A stretch of 64,000 nt of DNA from contig CBDBFU010000012.1 of the NCBI GenBank assembly GCA_965205025.1, forward strand, positions 96,001 through 160,000, in the 5' to 3' direction. Positions 21,207 to 31,084 of the stretch are shown here, piece by piece. This stretch comes from Candidatus Poribacteria bacterium. Its GTDB lineage: Bacteria; Poribacteria; WGA-4E; WGA-3G. Below the pieces are notes generated by a model. It had not been told where the DNA came from. It did no database searches and worked only from the letters and a program-made list of their open reading frames with translations. The translations under genes were made by a program, and so were the position numbers. Each line of letters opens with the position of its first letter. The stretch's first letter is position 1.

Positions 21207-22235
21207 ATGAAAATATGTATGAGATTGATACAATCCTTTCTAATTATCCTGTTTTTGTTGATAAGTATGAAAGTGTGCTGGTCGATTAGGGAAGCCCCTA
21301 CCACACCGAAAATACTGTTTACATCATCCCGTGATGGCAATTATGAAGTATACATGATGAATCCAGATGGTTCTGATCAGGTAAACTTGACACAACATCC
21401 TTCCTCAGATGTGAATGCTCGATGGTCTCCAACGGGTGAACAGATTCTCTTCGTCTCAGATCGACAAGGAACTCGGGTACGAGACCTATATCTAATGGAT
21501 GCTGATGGGGCCAATGTTCGTCGTGTTTTTAAGAGGAAAATTACAGAATGGAGAGCAAGTCCAACGTGGTCACCAGACGGAAAGAATTTTGCATATATTA
21601 CTTCAGACCGTGAACGTCCAAGGTCAAGTCTTCATCTTGGAACTTTTGGTGAAGAAGATTCCGAAATCCTCCCGTGGGGCAATTCCCCTGACTGGTCTCC
21701 AGATGGTTCAGAAATCGCATGTTCTGTTGGACATCCCAACGGGACACGACTTACATTCTTGAACATTCGAACCCGTAAGCGGGAACAACCGATAAAGGAT
21801 AAAATACTTCTATGGCAATCTCAACCCTCTTGGTCTTCTACAGGCGATAGAATTGCTTTTTCAGGCAACAAACATCCTTTACCTGCAATCTTGGATAGAG
21901 ATTTACACAACGCATGGATGGATAAACGGAGTATCTACCTCGTGAATCGGGACGGCTCAGGATTAAGATTACTCGTTGATGAAGCAGGTCCAGATGCTGC
22001 TTCACCAAAGATATCTCCTGATGGTTCAAAAGTAATTTATACACAAGAGATAAACGGACGGCGCCAAATCTTCAAATTGGACATCAACAATATGGAGAAG
22101 ACACAACTGACACATGGCGGTATTTTTATTCAAGCGAATTCAGGTGGCGACTGGTTTGACCCTGCATATACGACGTTGTCAGTTAATCCGCAACCCAATA
22201 TGCTTACAAATACATGGGGACAAATAAAAAAATAG
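21207..22235 (+). CDS. Secreted TolB-like (PD40) beta-propeller protein
   Basis: Signal peptide, F.S.RDGN.EVY.M..DG, repeated WSPDG. C-terminus SVNPQPNMLTNTWGQIKK. Confidence 0.85.
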   Translation: MKICMRLIQSFLIILFLLISMKVCWSIREAPTTPKILFTSSRDGNYEVYMMNPDGSDQVNLTQHPSSDVNARWSPTGEQILFVSDRQGTRVRDLYLMDADGANVRRVFKRKITEWRASPTWSPDGKNFAYITSDRERPRSSLHLGTFGEEDSEILPWGNSPDWSPDGSEIACSVGHPNGTRLTFLNIRTRKREQPIKDKILLWQSQPSWSSTGDRIAFSGNKHPLPAILDRDLHNAWMDKRSIYLVNRDGSGLRLLVDEAGPDAASPKISPDGSKVIYTQEINGRRQIFKLDINNMEKTQLTHGGIFIQANSGGDWFDPAYTTLSVNPQPNMLTNTWGQIKK

Positions 22236-22334
22236 TAATATATGAGAATAATTGAGATAGTTTCTCTATTAAAATCATTGATATTAAGCTATGAAAAATT
22301 AGTTGATGTATAATTTAAAAATTCTATAATTCAA

Positions 22335-22760
22335 ATGACTCAATCTCCAACTATGATGGGATTAATAAATAGGAATACTCTAATGACAAACAAAAATAGT
22401 ATAGATATTCAAAAACAACTTGAAGAATACCAAGATTGTATGGATGGTATACGTAAACAGCTTGAAGCATACCAAGAAGCTATGGCTACTTTACCAAAGC
22501 ATTTTGAAAAGCTACAAGAAACTATTGCTGGTATCCCAAGACATTCGGAGGAATTGCGGCAAGCAATCGCAAGTGTAACAGGGCATTCTGGTGATTTACT
22601 TGAGGCACTTGCGATTATATCAAAGCATTCTGAGGAACTGCAAAAAGGTGTTGATGGTATACCTAAACATTCTGAAGAAATTGAGAAAACCATTACAGGA
22701 ATTTCAGAACATTCTGCAGAATTACAAAGTACCATTTCAGAAATTTTGAAGAATGATTAG
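22335..22760 (+). CDS. Hypothetical coiled-coil protein with 14-aa His repeats
   Basis: His at residues 56, 70, 84, 98, 112 and 126 in (I/L)PKHSEEL-like units. Confidence 0.7.
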   Translation: MTQSPTMMGLINRNTLMTNKNSIDIQKQLEEYQDCMDGIRKQLEAYQEAMATLPKHFEKLQETIAGIPRHSEELRQAIASVTGHSGDLLEALAIISKHSEELQKGVDGIPKHSEEIEKTITGISEHSAELQSTISEILKND

Positions 22761-22874
22761 AATTGAACATAATATATAATTCATAAATCTTGCAATCACT
22801 CACTATTTTTGATAGAATTCTGTATAGTCTCAGATTCCAAACTAACATATTCCAACCTATAAGGACGGCAAATA

Positions 22875-24140
22875 ATGACACTTCCAAAAATGGCAAGAGT
22901 TAAGCAACATTTTGATGCCCCCGTTCTCACTGATCTACCCGGAGCAATTCATAGTGAATTAGATCGGATTAATGCATCATCAATTATTCGATCAGGAGAA
23001 ACTGTTGCAATCACTGCTGGGAGTCGTGGTGTAGCTAACATAGCAACTGCTGTAAAAGCAACAGTAGATTACTTAAAAAATCTCGGAGCAAAACCGTTTG
23101 TTGTACCAGCAATGGGAAGTCATGGGGGTGCAACAGCAGAAGGACAGACAAGTGTATTGGAGCATTATGGTATAACAGAATCGACTGTTAACGCACCTGT
23201 AAAGGCAACGATGGAGGTAGTTCAACTCGGTAGTATTGTAAATGCTGATGCTGACGATTTACCTGTGTTTATGGACAGATACGCAGCTGAAGCAGATCAT
23301 GTTGTACCGCTCAATCGGATTAAAGCACATACTGACTTCAACGGATCTATAGAAAGCGGTGTTCTAAAAATGATGGTTATCGGTCTTGGAAAACAACAAG
23401 GAGCAAATTACTATCATCGCGCATTCTTTCAATACGGTTTTGAACATGTCATTTCTGCGGTTGGTGGATTTATCCTTGATACAGGTAAGATCGCTTTCGG
23501 TATAGGACTTCTCGAAAACGCACATGAAGACACTGCTAAAGCCGTAGCAATGCCTGCTGAGAATATGCTTAGAACAGAAAGGGAACTGTTAGTCGAAGCA
23601 AAATCTATGATGGGAAGACTTCCCTTTGATGAACTTGATCTATTAATCGTGGATTGGTCAGGTAAGAATATCAGTGGAACAGGAATGGATACAAATGTCA
23701 TAGGTAGGATGATGCAGAACTTTGAACCTGAACCTCTCAAACCTGCTATTCTACGTATATTTGTTCGTGATCTCACTGAGGAGAGTGATGGAAATGCCAC
23801 TGGGATTGGACTCGCTGATTTTACGACAACTCGACTGGTTAATCAGATTGATCGACATTCTACCTATATGAACGGTATCACCGCTCTGGGACCACAGAAA
23901 TCAAAGATTCCATTTTACTACGATACCGATAAAGAAGCGATTGAAGTAGCACTTGAAACTATCGGTTTAACCAAACCTGAGAATGCACGAGTCATCCGAA
24001 TTGAGAGCACTTTGAGATTGACAGATCTTGATTTATCTGAAGTGCTTTTGAAGGATGTGGATTTACATTCAAATCTTGAAGTTATCGGGGACACACTTCC
24101 ATTACAGTTTGATTCATCAGATAACCTGTTCCCATTCTAA
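22875..24140 (+). CDS. LarA-like (lactate racemase N-terminal/DUF2088-type) protein
   Basis: VAITAGSRG..NI, VPAMGSHGGATAEGQ, NRIKAHT.F, GKNISGTGMDTNVIGR. Confidence 0.8.
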   Translation: MTLPKMARVKQHFDAPVLTDLPGAIHSELDRINASSIIRSGETVAITAGSRGVANIATAVKATVDYLKNLGAKPFVVPAMGSHGGATAEGQTSVLEHYGITESTVNAPVKATMEVVQLGSIVNADADDLPVFMDRYAAEADHVVPLNRIKAHTDFNGSIESGVLKMMVIGLGKQQGANYYHRAFFQYGFEHVISAVGGFILDTGKIAFGIGLLENAHEDTAKAVAMPAENMLRTERELLVEAKSMMGRLPFDELDLLIVDWSGKNISGTGMDTNVIGRMMQNFEPEPLKPAILRIFVRDLTEESDGNATGIGLADFTTTRLVNQIDRHSTYMNGITALGPQKSKIPFYYDTDKEAIEVALETIGLTKPENARVIRIESTLRLTDLDLSEVLLKDVDLHSNLEVIGDTLPLQFDSSDNLFPF

Positions 24141-24154
24141 TCGGAGATTTGTAG

Positions 24155-24745
24155 TTGAAACGATTGATTGTTGGTATCACAGGAGCAAGTGCTGTAGTCT
24201 ATGGTGTACGTCTACTTGAAGTGCTATCGCAACGTGAAGATGTAGAAGTTCATCTCACAATTTCTTCATCTGGGGCACGGGCACTATGGGAAGAACTACA
24301 GATTGAAGTAGATATAGATAAATTCATGATTGAATCGCTTATTGATACACCCACGAAACAGGTAATATATCACCATCAAAGCGATATCGGTGCTTCAATT
24401 GCAAGTGGATCTTTTCGCACTGCTGGCATGATTGTCGTACCCTGCAGTATGGGAACTGTCGCATCTATTGCTGCAGGTATATCCCGCAATCTTATTCATC
24501 GAGCAGCGGATGTGTGTATTAAGGAACGACGGAAACTTGTTATAGTACCACGAGAAACACCGATTAGTTCTATACATCTTGAAAACATGTTGAAGCTATC
24601 ACAGAACGGGGTATGTGTTTTACCTGCAATGCCAGGATTTTATCATTTCCCAAAAACTGTAGACGACCAAATCAACTTTATTGTCACAAAAATCTTAGAC
24701 CAGTTTGATATTGAATCAGGACTAACGCAACGGTGGAAAGAGTAG
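24155..24745 (+). CDS. ubiX: Flavin prenyltransferase UbiX
   Basis: IVGITGAS, ASIASGS, PCSMGT, RAADV..KERR.L..VPRETP, MPGFYH.P. Confidence 0.95.
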   Translation: MKRLIVGITGASAVVYGVRLLEVLSQREDVEVHLTISSSGARALWEELQIEVDIDKFMIESLIDTPTKQVIYHHQSDIGASIASGSFRTAGMIVVPCSMGTVASIAAGISRNLIHRAADVCIKERRKLVIVPRETPISSIHLENMLKLSQNGVCVLPAMPGFYHFPKTVDDQINFIVTKILDQFDIESGLTQRWKE

Positions 24746-24749
24746 AGTA

Positions 24750-25601
24750 TTGATACGTAAGTTAAGAATTATTCTTGAGATGATTAAATTTGAACATACT
24801 GTGTTTGCTCTACCTTTTGCAATCATGAGTGCATTTATAGCATCCAATGGTCTACCACCCCTTTCAAACCTTGGATGGATTCTCGTAGCAATGGTGGGTG
24901 CTCGTAGCTGCGCAATGGCATTTAACCGACTTGCTGATTCACACATTGATAGTCAAAATCCACGCACCTCAATGCGTGCAATTCCTGCTGGACTCATTAC
25001 AAAAGGTTCGGTTTGGTTGTTTACGGTGGTATCTGCTGGATTACTGGTATTTGCTGCATGGAGATTGAATCCTCTCGCTTTTGCATTATCTCCTGTTGCA
25101 CTGGTAGTAATTATGGGATATTCCTATACGAAACGGTTTACATCACTATCACATTTCTGGTTAGGACTTGCACTTTCAATTTCTCCTGTTGGGGCATGGA
25201 TTGCTATTACAGGTAGATTTGACTGGACACCGATAGTATTGTGTTGTGTCGTATTACTCTGGACTGCTGGCTTTGACATTATTTACGCATGCCAAGATGT
25301 TAATTTCGACAGAAAACATGGACTACACTCTATTCCCGCACGAATTGGAATTCGTTGGGCATTGTGGTTGTCATCCGCTATTCATGTAATCGCTGTATTA
25401 CTTCTTTTTGTTGTTCCATTCCTTACAGAATTAGGACTGTTCTACTACATTGGGGTTGGTATTGTTATACTCATTTTTGTCTACGAACATACAATCGTCA
25501 AACCAGACGATCTATCCCGTGTTAATCTCGCATTTTTCACATTGAATGGGATGATTAGTTTAGTGTTGATGGCACTTTCAATTACCGATATTCTTCTTTA
25601 G
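24750..25601 (+). CDS. UbiA-family prenyltransferase (MqnP-like, futalosine-type menaquinone pathway)
   Basis: IKFEHTVFALPFA, ARS.AMAFNRLAD..ID..NPRT..R, YSYTKRFT, GFDIIYA.QD..FD. Confidence 0.9.
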   Translation: MIRKLRIILEMIKFEHTVFALPFAIMSAFIASNGLPPLSNLGWILVAMVGARSCAMAFNRLADSHIDSQNPRTSMRAIPAGLITKGSVWLFTVVSAGLLVFAAWRLNPLAFALSPVALVVIMGYSYTKRFTSLSHFWLGLALSISPVGAWIAITGRFDWTPIVLCCVVLLWTAGFDIIYACQDVNFDRKHGLHSIPARIGIRWALWLSSAIHVIAVLLLFVVPFLTELGLFYYIGVGIVILIFVYEHTIVKPDDLSRVNLAFFTLNGMISLVLMALSITDILL

Positions 25602-25633
25602 TCCAACATCCTTCTATTGGAGATTTAATAAAC

Positions 25634-26455
25634 ATGAAACTATCTTTATCCGTTCGCGTTTCAGAAACATCATCAAAAAAAGACTCAACACACACATTTG
25701 TGCAACTAACTGAACTCGCAGCGAACCTTGGGTATGAGGCTATGTGTATGCGTGCATCTCAAGTTGGTATACACTCACCTTTAGAAGATATTACTGCTGT
25801 TCGCAAACAAGCAGATTCACTGAACCTAAAAATCTCTATGATCACAGGTGATTTTCCTGTCCCTCTTAATAACGATGAAGGACCAGATGGACTCCGCAAT
25901 ATCACACCATATCTTGATCTTACAGAACTTCTTGGATCAAGTTTAATTCGGATCGCCATGAAGGTAGAGGAGGATATTGTTTGGACACAACGTGCATCTG
26001 ATGAGGCAGCGGAACGTGGTATACGCCTTGCACATCAATCCCATACACAGAGTCTGTTTGAAACAGTTGATGGATCAATTGATGTACTAAAACGGGTTGG
26101 TAGAGATAATTTCGGTATTATTTATGAACCTGCTAACTTGGACCTATGTGCACAGGATTATGGCGTTGAAACGCTCAAACGGTTTTCACCATATCTATTC
26201 AATGTTTATCTACAAAATCACATCCGTAGACCAGAAGGAAAAACACATCTGTTAACATGGATTCAGGGTGTTGTGCCGCATGATCCTATACGTTTACAAG
26301 ATGAAGGTGGAATTGACTTTCCACTTGTGTTTGAAGGTTTAGAGGCTATCGGTTATGATGGGTATGTTACTGTTCATCAAGCCTTCCGTGAGATTATGGA
26401 ACCCGAAGATGCCGCTGAACAGAGTTTTGACTATTTGAAGCCATTTTGCAGGTGA
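25634..26455 (+). CDS. Sugar-phosphate isomerase/epimerase (xylose-isomerase-like TIM barrel)
   Basis: LAA.LGYEA, NFGIIYEPANL, G.IDF..VF..L..IGYDGYVT. Confidence 0.75.
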   Translation: MKLSLSVRVSETSSKKDSTHTFVQLTELAANLGYEAMCMRASQVGIHSPLEDITAVRKQADSLNLKISMITGDFPVPLNNDEGPDGLRNITPYLDLTELLGSSLIRIAMKVEEDIVWTQRASDEAAERGIRLAHQSHTQSLFETVDGSIDVLKRVGRDNFGIIYEPANLDLCAQDYGVETLKRFSPYLFNVYLQNHIRRPEGKTHLLTWIQGVVPHDPIRLQDEGGIDFPLVFEGLEAIGYDGYVTVHQAFREIMEPEDAAEQSFDYLKPFCR

Positions 26456-26516
26456 AGTGGAATACTATATCGTGGTATAAGCCTTAAAAGTTAACAAGAA
26501 ATGCGAGGGTATTACA

Positions 26517-27116
26517 ATGGCTTTCAGTGATTTTAATACAATTTCTGAAGTTCAAGAAAAATTCAACATCAAATACACGTATAATGATTTTTTCAATGTT
26601 GAGCCAAAAAACCCTTCAGAACATTTTTTAAAAGAGCTTGAATTTAGTCAGAAACATATAGACTTTTTTACATCCGAAGGTTCAAGATGTGAAGTGGTTA
26701 TATTTCCTACTATAAAAGAGATATACAAAGATTATGCCGAACACTATGGACTTTGGATAAAGAAGTCTATCACTTATGATGATACATTGAACGGTACTCC
26801 AGATTATCTTATTGCTACGAAGTCTGACTTGGGTATAACAGTTCTTGGAATGCCTCTGATAATGTTAGTTGAAGCAAAAAAGAATGACTTTGAACAGGGA
26901 TGGGGACAATGTCTGGCTGAGTTGGTTGCCGCACAAAAAATAAATGACGATACAAACTTTCCAATTCATGGAATTGTTACAGATGGAATTTTGTGGCAAT
27001 TTGGTAGACTTGTTGGAAACACATTTACGCGTAATAGAACGAATTTTAGTTTGGATAATATTCCAGTTCTATTCGGTGCAATGGATTCTGTTTTCAAGGC
27101 AATTCAAACAAACTAA
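26517..27116 (+). CDS. Hypothetical PD-(D/E)XK-like protein
   Basis: LNGTPDY...VEAKKNDFEQGWGQCLAEL.AAQ..N..GIVTDG..WQF. Confidence 0.7.
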   Translation: MAFSDFNTISEVQEKFNIKYTYNDFFNVEPKNPSEHFLKELEFSQKHIDFFTSEGSRCEVVIFPTIKEIYKDYAEHYGLWIKKSITYDDTLNGTPDYLIATKSDLGITVLGMPLIMLVEAKKNDFEQGWGQCLAELVAAQKINDDTNFPIHGIVTDGILWQFGRLVGNTFTRNRTNFSLDNIPVLFGAMDSVFKAIQTN

Positions 27117-27146
27117 CATTTTCTCTGTTTAACAAACGAACTACCT

Positions 27147-28661
27147 ATGAAAACACAACCTCCCAATATACTTATTATCACGACAGACCAACAACGTACA
27201 GATAGCCTTAGTTGCTACGGTTCTACTTTTACAGATACACCAAATCTTGATCAATTAGCTGTTGAAGGTGTATGTTTAGATCGTGCTTATTGTACAAATC
27301 CTGTCTGTACACCTGCCCGCGCATCGATTTTTACGGGTAAATATGTCAGTCGCCACGGGGCATGGAATGTCGGGATGAATGTACCTGAAGATGAACCGAT
27401 GATTTCACATCGTCTTAGAGATGTTGGATATCGTACCCACTATATCGGTAAAGCACACTTCCAACCCTTTGGAGCATCCCCTGAACAATCAATTGAAACA
27501 CGAAACAACAATAACCGATTCCCAGATTTTAACGGACCTTATTACGGATTTGAAACAGTAGAACTGGCACTTGGTCACGCAACTTATGGTATCGCTGGAC
27601 ATTACGGAGAATGGGTAAAAACTCAGGTTACAGAAGAGACCTTTGAGAGTTATAGTAAAGCAAGAAGATTATCCCAAACAGGATTTGGAGGCGGTGCACA
27701 CGATTGGGACATACCCTTAAAATATCACAACAGTGTGTGGACTGCTGATCGTACTATAGATTTTTTGAAGAAGCACGATGCTGATCAACCCTTCCTTTTG
27801 GCAGTCGGTTTTCAAGATCCACATCATCCACATTGTGTTCCAACAGAATTTGAAGAACGTGTTGATCCAAATGAAGTGCCACTCCCAGATTATGTTGAAG
27901 GAGAATTAGAGGATAAACCCCCTCATTTTATGGCTGCACGTTGTGGAGAACTTAGTAAATTGGAAACACGTGGGAAGTTTGCTATGGCTGGACAAGGTGG
28001 TGGTGCAGATTTTCGTAAAGTTTCTGAAAAGGATGCACGCCTCGGAAGAGCATACTATTATAATATGGTGAAGATTATTGATCAGCAGATAGGACGGATA
28101 ATGGAATGTCTTGATACATACGGTTTATGTGAAAATACATTGGTATTGTTTACCACTGACCATGGGGAGCTTTTAGGGGATCACGGCTTGTGGATGAAAG
28201 GACCTTTTCATTATGAACAACTTGTCCGAGTGCCAACAATAATACGTTATCCTGCAGCAATTCCACCTGGGCAGCGGTCTAATGCACTTTTCAGTCATGC
28301 TGACATTGTTCCAACAGTTCTTGCCGCAGCAGGATTGCCTATTTCATCGGATATAGATGGTGTAGATGCTATGCCTATGCTTAGCAGAGAACAAGATTCC
28401 ATACGAGATTCACTCCTAATTGAGTGTGTAGACGATCCCCAAGGTTTACGTCTAAAAACAATTGTTACAGACAATCGTAAATTAACATGGTATTGTGGAC
28501 AGACGTATGGTGAACTATACGACTTAGAAAATGATCCTGCCGAACGTGTAAACCACTGGAACAACCCTTCCTACGCATCAGATAAAGCACAACTGATCAG
28601 TACAGTACTTGAGGAAATGGAGATATTGGAGAAACGTGTTGAACGAACATCCTATGCATAA
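27147..28661 (+). CDS. Sulfatase (Cys-type)
   Basis: PNILIITTDQ, CTPARAS..TG, GKAH, DPHHP, TTDHG, ELYDL..DP.E. Confidence 0.93.
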   Translation: MKTQPPNILIITTDQQRTDSLSCYGSTFTDTPNLDQLAVEGVCLDRAYCTNPVCTPARASIFTGKYVSRHGAWNVGMNVPEDEPMISHRLRDVGYRTHYIGKAHFQPFGASPEQSIETRNNNNRFPDFNGPYYGFETVELALGHATYGIAGHYGEWVKTQVTEETFESYSKARRLSQTGFGGGAHDWDIPLKYHNSVWTADRTIDFLKKHDADQPFLLAVGFQDPHHPHCVPTEFEERVDPNEVPLPDYVEGELEDKPPHFMAARCGELSKLETRGKFAMAGQGGGADFRKVSEKDARLGRAYYYNMVKIIDQQIGRIMECLDTYGLCENTLVLFTTDHGELLGDHGLWMKGPFHYEQLVRVPTIIRYPAAIPPGQRSNALFSHADIVPTVLAAAGLPISSDIDGVDAMPMLSREQDSIRDSLLIECVDDPQGLRLKTIVTDNRKLTWYCGQTYGELYDLENDPAERVNHWNNPSYASDKAQLISTVLEEMEILEKRVERTSYA

Positions 28662-28673
28662 CTCAGTTTATTC

Positions 28674-29774
28674 TCACCCACCCATACGTCGAACTCTTGC
28701 CGGTGTATCATCCCCATGAATTTCAGAGGATAGAATACGATGACTCCGATCTTCAATAGGTAAGTTCACCCTTACGCCTCCACGACGATGCGATTCCCGT
28801 AAGGCAATAGCAACCTCCAACGCTTCCAATCCATCTTCGCCAGAGCATTTAGGAGAACCACCATTTTCTATCGCATCAATTATATCATCAACAATCGTCA
28901 AACCCATACCCTGCATTCGAACAGGATAAGGAAATGGACAGGTCGCAGGCACACCACGTCCTCGTCTGCCACCTGGTAGTGAACGTATCAGCTCAAACTT
29001 TTCTGCGTTATTGATGGATCGTATGCGTCCCGATGTTCCGATAACATCTACCTCCCACGACGCAACTCCGCATGCTGTACTTCGAAGATAACCACGTACA
29101 CCGTTATCAAAAACAAGATAACCATTACCCATCAAATCATTTTCACCTTCAGCAGCTTCATCGGATTGCATTTCACCAAAAACCCATTCTACATTTCCAC
29201 CTGCCATATAACGGAGAATATCTATGGCATGACTGCCGTTATGAGATAATCCGCATTGAGCATAAACAGTGACTTGTAGGACATTGCCTATTTCATCTTC
29301 ATCTATGAGTTTTCGTGCTTCACTAAAGAAGGGATTCCATCGACGGGCACAATTAATGGCTAATACGGTATTATTTTCTTTACAGACTTTCACCATCTCA
29401 TCCGCTTCAGCAAGACTAAGCGATATTGGCTTTTCTGCCCAGATTCCTTTGACACCAGCACGTGCGATGTCTTGAACAATCATTGAACGTACTCTCGCTG
29501 TTGTGCAAACACTGACAAGGTCAAGATTTTCTTTTTCTAACATCTCGCGGTAATCGCTATAAATATGTTCTGAACCAAGTCCCCAACGTTCTCCGAAGAT
29601 GGATGCTTGTTCCTCATGTAGATCAGCACCTGCTACTAACTCTGTTTTAGGTGAGGCTTCATAACTTGGTGCATGACAGTAAGGTAGGAATAGAGATCCG
29701 CCCTGAGTGATTTCATCATCAAAAGTACTTCCCATCCGTCCTAAACCGATTACACCTGCACGATATGTTGACAT
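28674..29774 (-). CDS. Gfo/Idh/MocA family oxidoreductase
   Basis: GVIGLGRMG, YSDYREML..E.LD.VSVCT, EKP, HAID. Confidence 0.9.
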   Translation of the reverse strand: MSTYRAGVIGLGRMGSTFDDEITQGGSLFLPYCHAPSYEASPKTELVAGADLHEEQASIFGERWGLGSEHIYSDYREMLEKENLDLVSVCTTARVRSMIVQDIARAGVKGIWAEKPISLSLAEADEMVKVCKENNTVLAINCARRWNPFFSEARKLIDEDEIGNVLQVTVYAQCGLSHNGSHAIDILRYMAGGNVEWVFGEMQSDEAAEGENDLMGNGYLVFDNGVRGYLRSTACGVASWEVDVIGTSGRIRSINNAEKFELIRSLPGGRRGRGVPATCPFPYPVRMQGMGLTIVDDIIDAIENGGSPKCSGEDGLEALEVAIALRESHRRGGVRVNLPIEDRSHRILSSEIHGDDTPARVRRMGG

Positions 29775-29839
29775 GGCATTCTCCTCTGAGTATATTTCTC
29801 GGTCTAACTTAGACTGTTCAAGGTAATTTTCAAAAGTGT

Positions 29840-30484
29840 TTAAATTTCACTGGTGTAGGTTAGAATTTTCTCATATACGAAATCTAACCATCTGTTCTGT
29901 GGGTAGACAATATCTGGTTTTGGTAAAATAGGTATCCAAAATGGTTGAAAAATGTGATCCATATCACTTTTCAATTGCCATCTATCTTCAGTGTCATCTG
30001 TTGTTGTTAATAGAAAGAAATGTCTTTTTTTCTGATTGTTGACGGTATTATTTGGTACCCAACCGGATATATTATAGGCTATATAGGTTGGGTTAGGAAA
30101 CTGATCATATTCAAAGTAAGTAACATGTGTGAAGTCATTGTAGGTAGAATGATATTCTACTGTCAACCCTCTGGTGAGTTTGTTTTTGAAAGTAATTGCA
30201 TTCAAATCGGGTTTTATATACACCTCAGTTGTTTCTGTTATAATTCTCTCCTGTTCGTCCAATTCATTCACAAAACAACCAAGATATTGTTCAGACTTTA
30301 GTCTCTTTAAACCTGTTTCTTCTTGTGCCTCTCTTATTGCAGCTGTTTCGATATCTTCACCAACTTCAACACTACCTGCTGGAATTTGAATACCTGCATT
30401 CGGATGTTTGAATACAAGCAGAGAATCAACCCCATTTCTTTTTTGTGTAATAAAGGAAGAGACTTTTTCAAATGGTTTTTTCAT
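29840..30484 (-). CDS. NUDIX hydrolase
   Basis: Nudix box PAGSVEVGEDIETAAIREAQEETGL. Start taken at MKKP. Confidence 0.85.
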   Translation of the reverse strand: MKKPFEKVSSFITQKRNGVDSLLVFKHPNAGIQIPAGSVEVGEDIETAAIREAQEETGLKRLKSEQYLGCFVNELDEQERIITETTEVYIKPDLNAITFKNKLTRGLTVEYHSTYNDFTHVTYFEYDQFPNPTYIAYNISGWVPNNTVNNQKKRHFFLLTTTDDTEDRWQLKSDMDHIFQPFWIPILPKPDIVYPQNRWLDFVYEKILTYTSEI

Positions 30485-30635
30485 TATTGTTCTGCCACTT
30501 ATTTCATAGATAGTATGGTAATATGATTTCAAACAAGTAGAAGCCTTCTTATAGTTTCTGGGAAATAAATGAGATTTCTACTCAACAGTTGTATGCCATT
30601 CTCTCGTTCAAACTATGGAACTTACTAATGGTTCA

Positions 30636-31084
30636 TTAACGAATATCTAATTTGGATCTCGGTGTACTTAACCCATTTTGACTTAATATCTTACTATATT
30701 TATCCGTCTTTCTAATTGCGGGATCAGTATTTCCACTGGAAATCCAGTGAAAACTGCTTTGTTTCATTAAATCTTCAAGGTTTTTCGCAGAAGATTTAAT
30801 CCATCTTTTTAACCACTTAATTTTTTCAACAATCTTTTTTACTTCACCAGTGGTAGCAGGTGAACTTCAAGGTAATAGATCTGTTTATTAAAACCGAATA
30901 CATAATCCCATCGATTTTCAGTCGGATATTGTTTTTTAAGACAAGAGTCGATATCAACACTTCCAGTTAACATTCGTGTTTCCTTTACCAAGACTTCACT
31001 ACTATTTGCTCCTAAAGCCTGTAACCCAGATTTATAACAGTGGGTGATTTCAGATGTATTTTGAATAGCCTCCTTAAAAGTCAA
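30636..31084 (-). pseudogene. Putative PD-(D/E)XK-like partner of the upstream ATPase, frameshifted (one base missing near 30860)
   Basis: TTG start overlaps the ATPase stop. Adding one C at CAC-C(C)T gives a 149-aa protein ...RWDY..F....YYLEVHPATTGEVKKIVEKIKWLKRWI...LDIR*. Confidence 0.7.
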
